A stretch of 62,004 bases of DNA from Candidatus Levybacteria bacterium RIFCSPHIGHO2_01_FULL_36_15 (lineage in GTDB: Bacteria > Patescibacteriota > Microgenomatia > Levybacterales > GWA1-39-11). Positions 9,234 through 19,624 of this stretch are shown here, one piece after another. Where the stretch lies: contig MFNJ01000048.1 of assembly GCA_001782015.1 (NCBI GenBank), forward strand, positions 1-62,004, given 5' to 3'. Position numbers and translations under genes: made by a program. The notes beneath the pieces are model-generated. The model was not told where the DNA came from. It worked only from the letters and a program-made list of their open reading frames with translations, and did no database searches. Positions within the stretch are counted from its first letter, which is position 1. Every line of letters begins with the position of its first letter.

Positions 9234-9995
9234 ATGATTATAAAAGTAAAACAATTGATACAATCAATAATTCCGCCAGGAAATTATATTTCGCCGTTTG
9301 CAAATACGCTAAATAATCATGTTGTTATCATTACCGGCGGTTGTAGAAATGTCGGTAAAGCAATAGCCGAAAGTCTTTACAAAGAAGGTGCTAGTCTTGC
9401 TCTTGTTTCCAGAAATGATACAAATTTTAATAATTTTTTAAACTTTGATCCTAAAAGAATTCTTTTAATAAAAGCTAACTGCATAAATAAAGAAGATGTT
9501 AATCGCGTAGTAAATCTTACCATTGATAAATATGGAAAAGTGAATACTCTAATAAATTGCGCCGGGAAATTTATAAATAAACCATTCGTCAACACATCAA
9601 TTAATGATTATAATTTGGTGATAGACAATAATTTGAAGAGCGCATTTCTTATGTCCAGCGCAGTAGTACCCGTGTTTAAAAAGCATAAAGGCGGTTTAAT
9701 CATCAACATTGGCAGTAAAATAAGCCATAACACTAATATAACGCCCAATAAGGTTTTATATGCAACCGCCAAATATGCCATAGAAGGATTTTCTTTTGCT
9801 CTTAACAAAGAATTAAAACCCTATGGTGTTCGAGTTACCTGCCTCATGCCAGCAACAATTAATACATTTCTGTCTCTTAATTCAAAAAATTACTTATCAG
9901 CCTATGACATTTCTTCTGTAGCGTTAATGCTTATTAAATTTAAAAATATTGATTTTGAAGGAATAATTTTCAAATCAATAAAACATGATATATGA
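9234..9995 (+). CDS. short-chain dehydrogenase/reductase
   Basis: ITGGCRNVG, INCAG and the YxxxK motif YATAK. Confidence 0.85.
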   Translation: MIIKVKQLIQSIIPPGNYISPFANTLNNHVVIITGGCRNVGKAIAESLYKEGASLALVSRNDTNFNNFLNFDPKRILLIKANCINKEDVNRVVNLTIDKYGKVNTLINCAGKFINKPFVNTSINDYNLVIDNNLKSAFLMSSAVVPVFKKHKGGLIINIGSKISHNTNITPNKVLYATAKYAIEGFSFALNKELKPYGVRVTCLMPATINTFLSLNSKNYLSAYDISSVALMLIKFKNIDFEGIIFKSIKHDI

Positions 9996-10111
9996 GAACA
10001 TTTAGCGTTTTTAATATTGTCAACAAGTTAAATTTTAAAATATATTTACAGAACTAATAAAAATGGGACAAATTGTGTCATTAAAGTTTTAGATGAAGCA
10101 AAAAAAGTTAT

Positions 10112-11044
10112 ATGAAAAATAAATCAAAATATACGGTAACAATCGGTATCCCTGTGTATAATGAAGAGGCAAATATTGATAATCTACTTATTTCCTTGCT
10201 CAACCAAAAGTGTGGTAATTTTGTTCTGCGAGAAATAAGTATATATTCCGACGGCAGTACTGACAAAACTCATGAGAAAATTGAAACACTAATACAAAAA
10301 AACCCAATTATCAAATTAAAAAAAGATAGGCAAAGAAAAGGGAAATATTTCAGAGTTAACCAGATTTTCAGAGAATGTAAAAGCGATATAATAGTTGTTT
10401 TAGATGCTGATATAGCTTTGGTAGGAAACCGTTTTTTAGAAAAACTTGTGGGAGTGTTGATAGCGGATGACAACGCAAAAATGGTTGCAGCTCACCAAAT
10501 CCCTTTACGCCCAGATAATTTTATAGGGAAAGTTATTCACGCAAGTTTTGTTCTTTGGGATTTTGTAAGATTAAGCATTCCTAATCATAACAGCGCCCTT
10601 AATTTCTTTGGGTCTGCCACAGCCTACAGAGGTTCTTTTGCGCAATCTGTTGTTATACCCACTTTTTTATCCGACCCACATTTGTTTATATATTTAATGG
10701 CAGACAAGACTAACGGATTTAGATATTGCCGTAGCGCAGAAATACTACAATGGTCCATTGCTACATTAAGCGATTTGGAAAAACTTTTGCGCCGCACAAT
10801 CGGAAAAAAAGATGAGAAGCTAGAAAAGATGTTCGGGGACAAGATTAAAAAAGTGTATTTTATCCCTTGGCAATACAAATTAATTGGGATTTTGAAGACT
10901 TTTATACGTCTACCTTTCTATGCCCCGCTTGCATTATTATTGAATTTAATTATGCTCAAAAGAGCAGCTTTTCTAAAACCCGATACATCACCAATATGGG
11001 ACATTGTTACATCTACAAAAAAACCGATAAAATATGAAAAATAA
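10112..11044 (+). CDS. GT2 glycosyltransferase, paralog of 8310-9227
   Basis: VTIGIPVYNEE, SDGSTD, DADI. Confidence 0.88.
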   Translation: MKNKSKYTVTIGIPVYNEEANIDNLLISLLNQKCGNFVLREISIYSDGSTDKTHEKIETLIQKNPIIKLKKDRQRKGKYFRVNQIFRECKSDIIVVLDADIALVGNRFLEKLVGVLIADDNAKMVAAHQIPLRPDNFIGKVIHASFVLWDFVRLSIPNHNSALNFFGSATAYRGSFAQSVVIPTFLSDPHLFIYLMADKTNGFRYCRSAEILQWSIATLSDLEKLLRRTIGKKDEKLEKMFGDKIKKVYFIPWQYKLIGILKTFIRLPFYAPLALLLNLIMLKRAAFLKPDTSPIWDIVTSTKKPIKYEK

Positions 11045-12149
11045 CAAAAAATCACTGATAATTATTTCAACCTATGACGACATAAAAAATCCGTTCTATG
11101 GTGGAGGAGGGGCTATTGCAATTCATGAATTAGCAAAAAGAATATGCTGTAAATATAGTATTAGAATACTAAGCTGGAACCATTCAGGAAAAACAAGAGA
11201 AAACATAGACGGCGTGGATTATGAAAGATTTGGGCTAAAATTTTTGCATCCAAAACTTTCAATGTTAGTTTTTCAATTGGCATTACCATTGATTATAATC
11301 TTTAAAAAATATGATCTGTGGTTAGAAAGTTTTTCTCCTCCTCTGACAACATCTTTTCTGCCGTTATTCACTAAAAACACAGTGGTTGGTGTTGTGCACA
11401 TGCTTGCGGCAGAAGACATGCAAAGAAAATACAAGCTGCCATTTCATTTGATAGAAAATATTGGGATTAAAAAATACAAAAATATTATCGTCACTAGCAA
11501 GTCGTTAAAGGAAAAAGTGCTAAGGATCAACTCCAAATGTTCGGTTGCCGTGATAAGCAATGGAGTTGATAAAGTTAATAACAGAAAATTTTCATACAAA
11601 AATTACATTTTGTTTCTAGGAAGAATAGAAATTAACCAGAAAGGGATTGACCTGCTTATCCCAGCGTTCAAAAAATTTAATGAAGAAAAAAAATATGCTT
11701 ATAAATTAATTATTGCAGGATTTGGGGATCCAAAAGAATTAAAAAAATTGAAGCAGATTGTAGATAAATTTGACATTGATAAGTATGTAATATTTGAAGG
11801 CAGAGTATCGGGAAGAAAAAAAGAAACGCTTCTAAATTATGCTGCGTGTGCTGTTATACCGTCAAGGTTTGAAACCTATTCACTTGTTGGCCTTGAGGCA
11901 ATGGCACACGGTCTTCCAATAGTGTGCTTTGATATAAAAGGTCTTTCTTGGATTCCCGGTAAAGCAGCCAAAAAAGTACGCGCCTTTGATACTGATAAAT
12001 TATCAAAAGCAATCTCACAGGTTGTATCAGATCCATTACTCAGAAATTATATGAAAATTGAAGGAATAAAATACGCCAGAAAGTTTACCTGGAACTCAAT
12101 TTCAAAATTATATGACGACTATATTAGACATGTAACAGCCGGTTTATGA
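11034..12149 (+). CDS. GT4 glycosyltransferase, paralog of 6055-7173
   Basis: DDIKNP, LFLGRIEINQKGIDLL, PSRFETYSLVGLEAMAHGLP. Confidence 0.9.
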   Translation: MKNNKKSLIIISTYDDIKNPFYGGGGAIAIHELAKRICCKYSIRILSWNHSGKTRENIDGVDYERFGLKFLHPKLSMLVFQLALPLIIIFKKYDLWLESFSPPLTTSFLPLFTKNTVVGVVHMLAAEDMQRKYKLPFHLIENIGIKKYKNIIVTSKSLKEKVLRINSKCSVAVISNGVDKVNNRKFSYKNYILFLGRIEINQKGIDLLIPAFKKFNEEKKYAYKLIIAGFGDPKELKKLKQIVDKFDIDKYVIFEGRVSGRKKETLLNYAACAVIPSRFETYSLVGLEAMAHGLPIVCFDIKGLSWIPGKAAKKVRAFDTDKLSKAISQVVSDPLLRNYMKIEGIKYARKFTWNSISKLYDDYIRHVTAGL

Positions 12150-12910
12150 GCAATAAATTAGTAAAACAAATACTTAATAAAAAGTTTAAATGTATTTTTA
12201 TATCGCCACATTTTGACGATGCAGTCCTCTCCTGTGGCAGTTTATTAATGCACTTGACTGGTAAAACCAGTATTACAATAATAAATGTTTTTACAAAGGC
12301 GCATAAAAAACCATACACTTTATCCGCGCGCAAATTCTTAAAAGAGTCAAACGGAGGAAGTGATGCCACTGTTTTATTTAAAGAAAGATTTAAGGAGGAT
12401 AAGAATGTGTTATCTTCCTTAAATGTAAAGATTATTAATCTTGGTTTGGTGGACGCATTGTTCAGAAAAAAAAATAATTTTAATTTTCTTGGTAAAGTAT
12501 TTCCGGAAATAAATCACATTTACCCCACTTATAAATGGCACGTTGTCAGAAGAATATCACCCCATGATCATGCAACAACTCAGTTAAAAAAAATACTTAA
12601 AAAGTTCAATGGGGAAAAAATTCTTGTATTTGCTCCATATGGCATTGGCAACCATGCAGATCACGTGATTACACGAAAAGTCTGCGAAGACTTATTTGAC
12701 AATCTGATTTTATACTCTGATTTTCCCTATAATCTCCGAGCTAATAATTATGGCCATGCTGATGAAAGTTATCAAGAATTTGAATTGAAAGTTAACCTTA
12801 GTAAAAAAAGCAGCCTAATAAAGTTATATAAAACGCAATTTCAGGGCTTATTTCCTGATGGCAAAGTTCCAAGCCACAAAGAAGTTTATTTCTTAAGTAA
12901 AAAATTATGA
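12146..12910 (+). CDS. PIG-L/LmbE family N-deacetylase
   Basis: ISPHFDDAVLSCG and GNHADH. Confidence 0.85.
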   Translation: MSNKLVKQILNKKFKCIFISPHFDDAVLSCGSLLMHLTGKTSITIINVFTKAHKKPYTLSARKFLKESNGGSDATVLFKERFKEDKNVLSSLNVKIINLGLVDALFRKKNNFNFLGKVFPEINHIYPTYKWHVVRRISPHDHATTQLKKILKKFNGEKILVFAPYGIGNHADHVITRKVCEDLFDNLILYSDFPYNLRANNYGHADESYQEFELKVNLSKKSSLIKLYKTQFQGLFPDGKVPSHKEVYFLSKKL

Positions 12911-13974
12911 AAACTATAATCTATAAAAAAATAGAGAGCAAGCTGTTGCAGGATTGGGTGTATCTTTGGGAGAATTCACCTTATGCTAATTATGTCAACT
13001 CTCCATACTGGTTTTTATCAGTCATGGAAAATTTCAAGTATAAAGACTATGTAATTATTTGTGTATACAAAAGTAATCATCTAGCAGCACTTGTTGCTCT
13101 TATTAAGGAAAAAAAATATTGTGTAGATTTTTATACAGTTCCCCCTGGAGATTTTGTCTGCGGCACACCTTTTTTAGTAGATCCAAAAGACGCAAAAATT
13201 ATGAGAGTATTAGTTAAAAAACTACTAGAAACAGGAAATATATTTATTGACAACGTTCCGGAAGATATAATAGCCTGTTTGAAAAAAAACACATCAGAAA
13301 TAGATTTTGCATCTTACAGTTTAAATTATTACATGAGTCTTCATAAAGACGAAACTGGGCAAGTATTCATAAGAAACAAAAAAAAACTTATGCGTAGAGC
13401 TCACGATATTGAAGAAAAACTTAAGCTGAAGTCTTTCAACGGGGAAAACCCAGATATATTAAAAATCGCTTTTGCAATTGACCAAGAAAGCAGAAAGAAG
13501 ACAAGAGGCTATAATGCTTTTTCATGTGAAGACACAAAAGGATTCTACGGGTCTCTTGCCAAACATTTTAAAAAAAACTTCTTGATCAATATTTTATACC
13601 ACGGTAACAAACCTATTGCTTATGAAATGGGTTTTGTTGTAGGATCCACTTTTTTTTGCAGCCAGATATCCTCCCTTAAAGAATATGACCGCTATTCTCT
13701 GGGAAGAGTACTGCTAATTAAGCTTTTCGAAGATTTAGTGACAAAAAATGTTAATACAATAGATTTTGGATCTGGTGATGACCATGTTAAAAAATCTTTT
13801 ACAAAGGAATATAGAGCTTTATATAAAGTTATTATTTCAAAGAAAATTGTAATTAGAAACTATCTTAAAATAACGTACCAATGTAAAAATATTATGTTCA
13901 ATTATCTGCAGCATCACATGACAGCTTATTCACTATACCGTAATATAAAAACACTTTTAATAATACGGGCATGA
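12907..13974 (+). CDS. GNAT N-acyltransferase (CelD/BcsL-like)
   Basis: YDRYSLGRVLL and IDFGSGDDHVKKSF. Confidence 0.75.
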   Translation: MKTIIYKKIESKLLQDWVYLWENSPYANYVNSPYWFLSVMENFKYKDYVIICVYKSNHLAALVALIKEKKYCVDFYTVPPGDFVCGTPFLVDPKDAKIMRVLVKKLLETGNIFIDNVPEDIIACLKKNTSEIDFASYSLNYYMSLHKDETGQVFIRNKKKLMRRAHDIEEKLKLKSFNGENPDILKIAFAIDQESRKKTRGYNAFSCEDTKGFYGSLAKHFKKNFLINILYHGNKPIAYEMGFVVGSTFFCSQISSLKEYDRYSLGRVLLIKLFEDLVTKNVNTIDFGSGDDHVKKSFTKEYRALYKVIISKKIVIRNYLKITYQCKNIMFNYLQHHMTAYSLYRNIKTLLIIRA

Positions 13975-15038
13975 ATAAATTTCAGACCGAAATAGTAAAA
14001 CAAGTAAACTTGACACTTATCAAGCAGTGGACAGATTTGTGGCAAAAAGCAGAGAACGCAAATATATTTAACTCTTACGAGTGGTTTTTGACATGCCAAA
14101 AGACATACGGCATAAAGGAATATGAAATATACGTGTGCCATAAAGAAAAGGATCTAGTTGCAATTCTGCCTTTGTTTTTCACCAGGTGTTTTGGAATAAA
14201 AGTAGCAAGTTCAATAGGTAATAAACATGTTGTAGGTACTCCTTTTTTGGTTGAAAAATACGATAAAGAGCTCCTGAAAAGTTTTTTTAGCAAAATATCT
14301 TCCAAGAGAAACCTTCATATAACAAAAATTGACAGCAGGGCAGTGGAAATACTTCATAACTCTTTTCCCGGTATGTTTTTTTCTTTAATATCCGTAAATC
14401 CATACATTGATTTTTCAGAGGATCCTTTAAAATCAATTTCTAAATCTACGCTAAGCAAAATCAAAATTATCCTTAGAAAAAACTCCGGCCAATTCAGTTT
14501 TAAAACTTACGAAGGCGGTAATAATTTACTCGAACATCTAAAAACAATGTTTGCAATTGATCAAAAAAGCGGAAAACAACGGCATTCTAAGGATATATTT
14601 TCAAATAAAGAAGAAAGAGATTTTTATACAAATATAGTGAAGTATTGCCAACGATTTGTTCAGCTTTGTTTTTTATATTACGAAAATACGCCTATTGCAT
14701 ATTCTTTTAATTTCAAAAACAGGAAAATCTACGTTGGTTATCAAACATCTTACCTTTTGGAACGCAGAAAACTCTCCCCCGGAAAAGTTATGATCATATA
14801 TATGCTAGAAAAATTAAAAAAAGATTCTGCTGATCTTCTGGATTTGTGCGGTGGAATAAGTTATTATAAACAGGAGTTTACACTCAAATATTATTTTCAA
14901 CACAACTTGTATTATTCTAAAAGTTTTCTAGTGATGAAGTGGTGGAAATTGATTAATTTAGCCAGAAGGATAAAGCAAATTGTTTTTCCTGAGAAATTTA
15001 CCAGAGACCATGAATTTCTTTTTAAAACTTTATCTTAA
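13971..15038 (+). CDS. GNAT N-acyltransferase (CelD/BcsL-like)
   Basis: IFNSYEW, LVAILPL, LSPGKVM, LDLCGGISYYKQEF. Confidence 0.75.
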   Translation: MNKFQTEIVKQVNLTLIKQWTDLWQKAENANIFNSYEWFLTCQKTYGIKEYEIYVCHKEKDLVAILPLFFTRCFGIKVASSIGNKHVVGTPFLVEKYDKELLKSFFSKISSKRNLHITKIDSRAVEILHNSFPGMFFSLISVNPYIDFSEDPLKSISKSTLSKIKIILRKNSGQFSFKTYEGGNNLLEHLKTMFAIDQKSGKQRHSKDIFSNKEERDFYTNIVKYCQRFVQLCFLYYENTPIAYSFNFKNRKIYVGYQTSYLLERRKLSPGKVMIIYMLEKLKKDSADLLDLCGGISYYKQEFTLKYYFQHNLYYSKSFLVMKWWKLINLARRIKQIVFPEKFTRDHEFLFKTLS

Positions 15039-15044
15039 AAAGGT

Positions 15045-16595
15045 ATGTTAAAACTAATAAATAAAAAAAATAATATTTTTATATATATTCTCATTTTGAT
15101 TAGCGTATTGCTTTACGTATTTACATTAAGAGGTATATACGGTAACCCCAACGGAAATATGATAAAAAACAACCTTGATCAGGCAACTCGTCCTTTTGAA
15201 CTTTCTCCGGAAAGAGGAAGATATATTCTTTCTATGTCTTTGGCGGACAACAAATCTTTTTCTCTCTCCCAGACACTTGCCGATGCTGCATATCCCGATG
15301 TGGGTTATTATCAAGGAAGATTTTATATCAATTTTGCCCCGGGAATTTCATTAATTTCCTTACCGTTTTATTTAATTGGGAAATATTTCAATTTGTCCCA
15401 GATGTTTTCATTTTTTTCAATATCCATATTTGCGTTATTAAATATATTTCTTCTTTTTAAAATTAGTAAAAATCTATTTAAACTTCCTGATTGGATATCA
15501 GTTTTTGTTTCCATTGTATTTGCTTTTGCTTCCACCTCCTGGAGTTATGCGATAACTTTGTATCAACATCACGTGACAACATTTTTTATAATTTCTTCAT
15601 TTTACGCTGTTTGGAAATACAAACAAAATAAAAAAAGAAGCTTTTTTTGGGCAATTTTTATATGGTTTAACTACGCTCTTGCCATATTAATTGATTACCC
15701 AAATGCGATTCTTATGCTTCCTATTATGATCTATTTCTTTTTATCCTCGTTTAAAATTTCAAAATTAAAAGAAAAGATCCAGATTAATTTCAGGTTGGGA
15801 ATAGTATTGACTTCATTTATATTTATATTAATCACCGGTCTTCATGGATATTACAACTTTGTAAACTTTGGCGGATGGAATAAGGTCAGCGGAGGATTGG
15901 TAAGTTACAAAATAATCAAAGAACAAAAATTACTTAACAAACAAAGCGGTAAAATTGTTATAGAACAGATGAAGGAAAAAAAAGATAATTCAGGATTTTT
16001 CAAAGAGGAAAGAATCCCTTTTGGAATTTATGAATTATTAATTGCTCCTGATAAGGGAATCTTTGTATTTTCACCAATATTTATTCTTGCATTGGTTGGA
16101 ATATTTTTTACAATAAAACAAGTCAACCTTGAAAAAGCAATACTTTTAGCCACAGTTGGGGTAAATTTATTCCTATATAGCAGTTGGGGTGATCCGTGGG
16201 GAGGATGGGCGTATGGTCCAAGATATTTAATTATCTCTATGGCTGTTTTATCAATCTTTATCGGAATTTTTTTGCACAAAATAAAATTTAAACTTCTGGG
16301 TAAAATAGTTACTTTTGTGCTCTTCGCATTTTCAAGCGCTGTTGCTCTCCTTGGAGCACTTACAACAAACGCTGTACCTCCCAAAATTGAAGCAGATTAT
16401 TTGAATATGAAATACGGGTTTATGTTAAACATTGATTTTCTTAAAAACAACAGGAGCGGAACTTTTGTATATAGCCATTTTCTCTCAGATAATCTTTCTC
16501 TTATTAATTACTTCCTGATTATATTTGCAGTTTTACTGCTCATGGCATTTATAGTTTTATTCATTCTGCCCAAAATAGAAAAAAATGAAAATTAG
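15045..16595 (+). CDS. polytopic membrane protein, probable GT-C glycosyltransferase
   Basis: Many TM helices and a WGGWAYGPRYL motif typical of GT-C enzymes. Confidence 0.65.
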   Translation: MLKLINKKNNIFIYILILISVLLYVFTLRGIYGNPNGNMIKNNLDQATRPFELSPERGRYILSMSLADNKSFSLSQTLADAAYPDVGYYQGRFYINFAPGISLISLPFYLIGKYFNLSQMFSFFSISIFALLNIFLLFKISKNLFKLPDWISVFVSIVFAFASTSWSYAITLYQHHVTTFFIISSFYAVWKYKQNKKRSFFWAIFIWFNYALAILIDYPNAILMLPIMIYFFLSSFKISKLKEKIQINFRLGIVLTSFIFILITGLHGYYNFVNFGGWNKVSGGLVSYKIIKEQKLLNKQSGKIVIEQMKEKKDNSGFFKEERIPFGIYELLIAPDKGIFVFSPIFILALVGIFFTIKQVNLEKAILLATVGVNLFLYSSWGDPWGGWAYGPRYLIISMAVLSIFIGIFLHKIKFKLLGKIVTFVLFAFSSAVALLGALTTNAVPPKIEADYLNMKYGFMLNIDFLKNNRSGTFVYSHFLSDNLSLINYFLIIFAVLLLMAFIVLFILPKIEKNEN

Positions 16596-19536
16596 TATTT
16601 CAATAAAAGAAAAAAAGGTATTAAAAATAAAACATTGGTTTGAAAATGCTCCATGGCTTAGAATTATAATTGTCCTTTCCGTTATTCTCTCGATTGCAGC
16701 CACTGTTTATTCTTACTCTCACGATTACATAATTGCCTACGGAGATGCTGAAAGCCATTTGGATATCGCAAAAAGAGTTGTTCACGGTCTCACGCCCGGC
16801 TTTGCTCAGCTTGGAGGGATATGGTTGCCTTTACCTCATATTTTCATGCTTCCATTTATTCTGTCTGATTTTTTGTGGAGAACAGGACTTGCAGGATCAA
16901 TTATATCCGGAGTTGCTTTTATTATATCAACAATATATATCTATAAACTTACAAACCTCATCACAAAAAACAATCTTGCCTCAGCGGTTGCCGCAATTAT
17001 CTTTGCCACCAACCCCAACGTTTTGTACATGCAATCAACGCCCATGACTGAAATGACTCTTATTGTCTTTTTCATATTATCTTCATACTATTTTGTAAAG
17101 TTCCTGCTTAATAAAGAAAGCATCCTTTCTCTTATTGCGTCCGCGTTTTTTGCTTTCTGCGCGACGCTAAGCCGTTATGACGGATGGTTCTTGGTAATTA
17201 TTGAAGCGCTGATTGTGATTTTAGTTCAGATTCCCAAGGATATTCCAAAAAGACTCATGAGAAATATTATTCAACTTATAAAGCCTTCCGATGACAATTC
17301 ATTTCTTTTAAACGGCAAGTTCAAACAAGTCTTTGAATTTGATCTTAAAAATCACCTTTGGGATAAAAAGAACTTGGAAAAGATCAAGGGAACATTTTTG
17401 TTATTTGCCACCCCTGCTTTTTTTGGCATTTTAATCTGGCTTATCTGGGATCTATTAATACTTGGTGACCCGTTTTATTTTACAAACAGCCAGTTTTCAG
17501 CAAAATCACAACAACATAACTGGCTTATTAAAAATCAGCTTCCGTCCTATCACAATCTTTTGTCGTCATTTTTATATTACTTCTTCACATCCATGAGCAA
17601 TATTGGAATAATTATATTTGCAATCTCGCTTATTGGATTTGTCATGTTCTTATTAAACAAAGACAAAAGAAACAGTCTTGCCATTTCTTTGATCTTAATC
17701 GTTCCTTTTATATTTTACGTAGCCACATTGTTCATTGGCCAATCAGTAATATTTATTCCAAGCCTTACCCCTTCCTCTTTTGAATGGAGGCTCTTTAACG
17801 CCAGGTACGGAACAATGATGGTGCCTTTTGCGGCAATTTTTTTTGCTTATTTATTTTATAAAAGTAAAGTTTCATCAAAAGCTCTTCTTGCTGCTCTTTT
17901 TGTTATACAGCTTGGGTTATATGTAATAGGGTATTCAAAAGTTATCACGCTTGCTGACGGGACTGAGGGTTTGTCTCGGGCTAGATCCCCAAACGTAGAA
18001 AGCTGGATGGCTAAAAACTATGATGGTGGACTTGTTTTAATGGATGACTACGCCCGTACCATGAGTATTATCAGAAGCAATGTACCCATGCAGAATGTGA
18101 TTTATGTAGGTACAAAACCTTACTGGGAAGAATCGCTTGCAGAACCTGAAAAATACGCAAAATGGGTAGTTGTTCAGAACAAAGATGATGTTTGGAAATA
18201 TATTTACAGCAATCCTATTGCTCAAGGCAGACTTTATAAATACTTTGAAAAAGCCTACACTTCTCCTGAAATACTGGTATTTAAAAGGGTAAACGAAGAA
18301 AGCATTGTAAAAAGCTATATGACGCCTACATATGTAAGTAATAATAATCAGGAAATATTATGGCCGGTTCAGGCAATAGACACAATGAAGTATTCCAGAG
18401 ACTACGCACGGGACCCGGAAATATTTAAATATATTCCGTCTGTTGTAGATATGGTTTCCTCCCTTAAAGCCACTCATATTGCGCTGGCAACGCCTTACAA
18501 TGAGGAATTTTATCCAATTCTGAAGGCATGGGTTGAACAAGCAAGAAGGAAAAATCTCAAAGTTTGGTTCAGGGGAAATTTTGCTGAGTGGGAAGGGTGG
18601 TTTGACTATCCCAAAAATATGACGGCAAGTCAACATCATCAAAGTACTTATGCGTTTATACAACAACATTCTGAGTTGTTCGAGACGGGGGACATTTTTA
18701 CCCCGGCTCCCGAACCTGAAAACGGATCAATAGGAGATCCAAGGACATCTTCTGAAAACGCGAAAAGCTTTAATAATTTCTTGATAGATTCTTATGCTAA
18801 CTGTCAAAAAGCTTTCGAGGATATAAATCAGTTTCTTGAAAATAATAAAAAAAGTGTTACCTGTGGATATTTCTCAATGAACGGTGACGTAGCAAAGGAA
18901 TCTTTGACGCGTGAAACAGTCAAAAAAACCGGAAACGTAGTGGTTATTGACCATTATGTCAAAGACCCAAGACAACTATTCACAGATATTGATTATCTGC
19001 ATCAAAAATACGACGCAAACATAGTACTTGGAGAGTTCGGCGCACCAATTCCTGACATTAACGGAAAAATGACAGAAGAAAAACAGGCTGAATTTATTAA
19101 CGAGCTTTTAAAGCAGGCTTATATGAATAAAAAATATGTTGTGGGTGTAAATTATTGGACAGTAACAGGAAGTTCAACCGCTTTATATAACGATGACGGT
19201 TCAGAAAGAAAAGCTACAAAAATAATAAAACAATATTATTTGCCTAATATTATAAGAGGTACAGTGTCCAATACGCTTGGCGAACCGATTGCCAAAGTGG
19301 CAATCAAAACACAAGACGGCCTAAACGCAACTTTAACCGATAAAGATGGAAGATTTTCCCTGTTGGTACCCTCTGTTGATAACCAAATTTACATAATGAA
19401 TGATAAATATAAAAATATTAAGGAAGCCGTTAAAGGAAAAAACAGACAGACCGTGATCAACCTGACTCTTGAGCCAAAAAAGATTGACACTTTTTATAAA
19501 ATAAAAAATATACTTAAGTCGATAGGAATACTCTAG
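16585..19536 (+). CDS. GT-C (ArnT/PMT-like) membrane glycosyltransferase fused to a glycoside-hydrolase-like barrel and a small C-terminal beta-sandwich
   Basis: YGDAESHL, WLPLPH, RYDGW, FNARYG; the extracellular tail has PEPENG, VLGEFG and GVNYW, then IRGTVSNTLGEPI...TDKDGRFSL. Confidence 0.65.
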   Translation: MKISISIKEKKVLKIKHWFENAPWLRIIIVLSVILSIAATVYSYSHDYIIAYGDAESHLDIAKRVVHGLTPGFAQLGGIWLPLPHIFMLPFILSDFLWRTGLAGSIISGVAFIISTIYIYKLTNLITKNNLASAVAAIIFATNPNVLYMQSTPMTEMTLIVFFILSSYYFVKFLLNKESILSLIASAFFAFCATLSRYDGWFLVIIEALIVILVQIPKDIPKRLMRNIIQLIKPSDDNSFLLNGKFKQVFEFDLKNHLWDKKNLEKIKGTFLLFATPAFFGILIWLIWDLLILGDPFYFTNSQFSAKSQQHNWLIKNQLPSYHNLLSSFLYYFFTSMSNIGIIIFAISLIGFVMFLLNKDKRNSLAISLILIVPFIFYVATLFIGQSVIFIPSLTPSSFEWRLFNARYGTMMVPFAAIFFAYLFYKSKVSSKALLAALFVIQLGLYVIGYSKVITLADGTEGLSRARSPNVESWMAKNYDGGLVLMDDYARTMSIIRSNVPMQNVIYVGTKPYWEESLAEPEKYAKWVVVQNKDDVWKYIYSNPIAQGRLYKYFEKAYTSPEILVFKRVNEESIVKSYMTPTYVSNNNQEILWPVQAIDTMKYSRDYARDPEIFKYIPSVVDMVSSLKATHIALATPYNEEFYPILKAWVEQARRKNLKVWFRGNFAEWEGWFDYPKNMTASQHHQSTYAFIQQHSELFETGDIFTPAPEPENGSIGDPRTSSENAKSFNNFLIDSYANCQKAFEDINQFLENNKKSVTCGYFSMNGDVAKESLTRETVKKTGNVVVIDHYVKDPRQLFTDIDYLHQKYDANIVLGEFGAPIPDINGKMTEEKQAEFINELLKQAYMNKKYVVGVNYWTVTGSSTALYNDDGSERKATKIIKQYYLPNIIRGTVSNTLGEPIAKVAIKTQDGLNATLTDKDGRFSLLVPSVDNQIYIMNDKYKNIKEAVKGKNRQTVINLTLEPKKIDTFYKIKNILKSIGIL

Positions 19537-19624
19537 GTTATTGAAATCACAAGATTTAATGTTATAATCTTATAATAAACTTACATTAAAAAATAAAATA
19601 TTGTTTCTTTAACATAGTAAGCAT

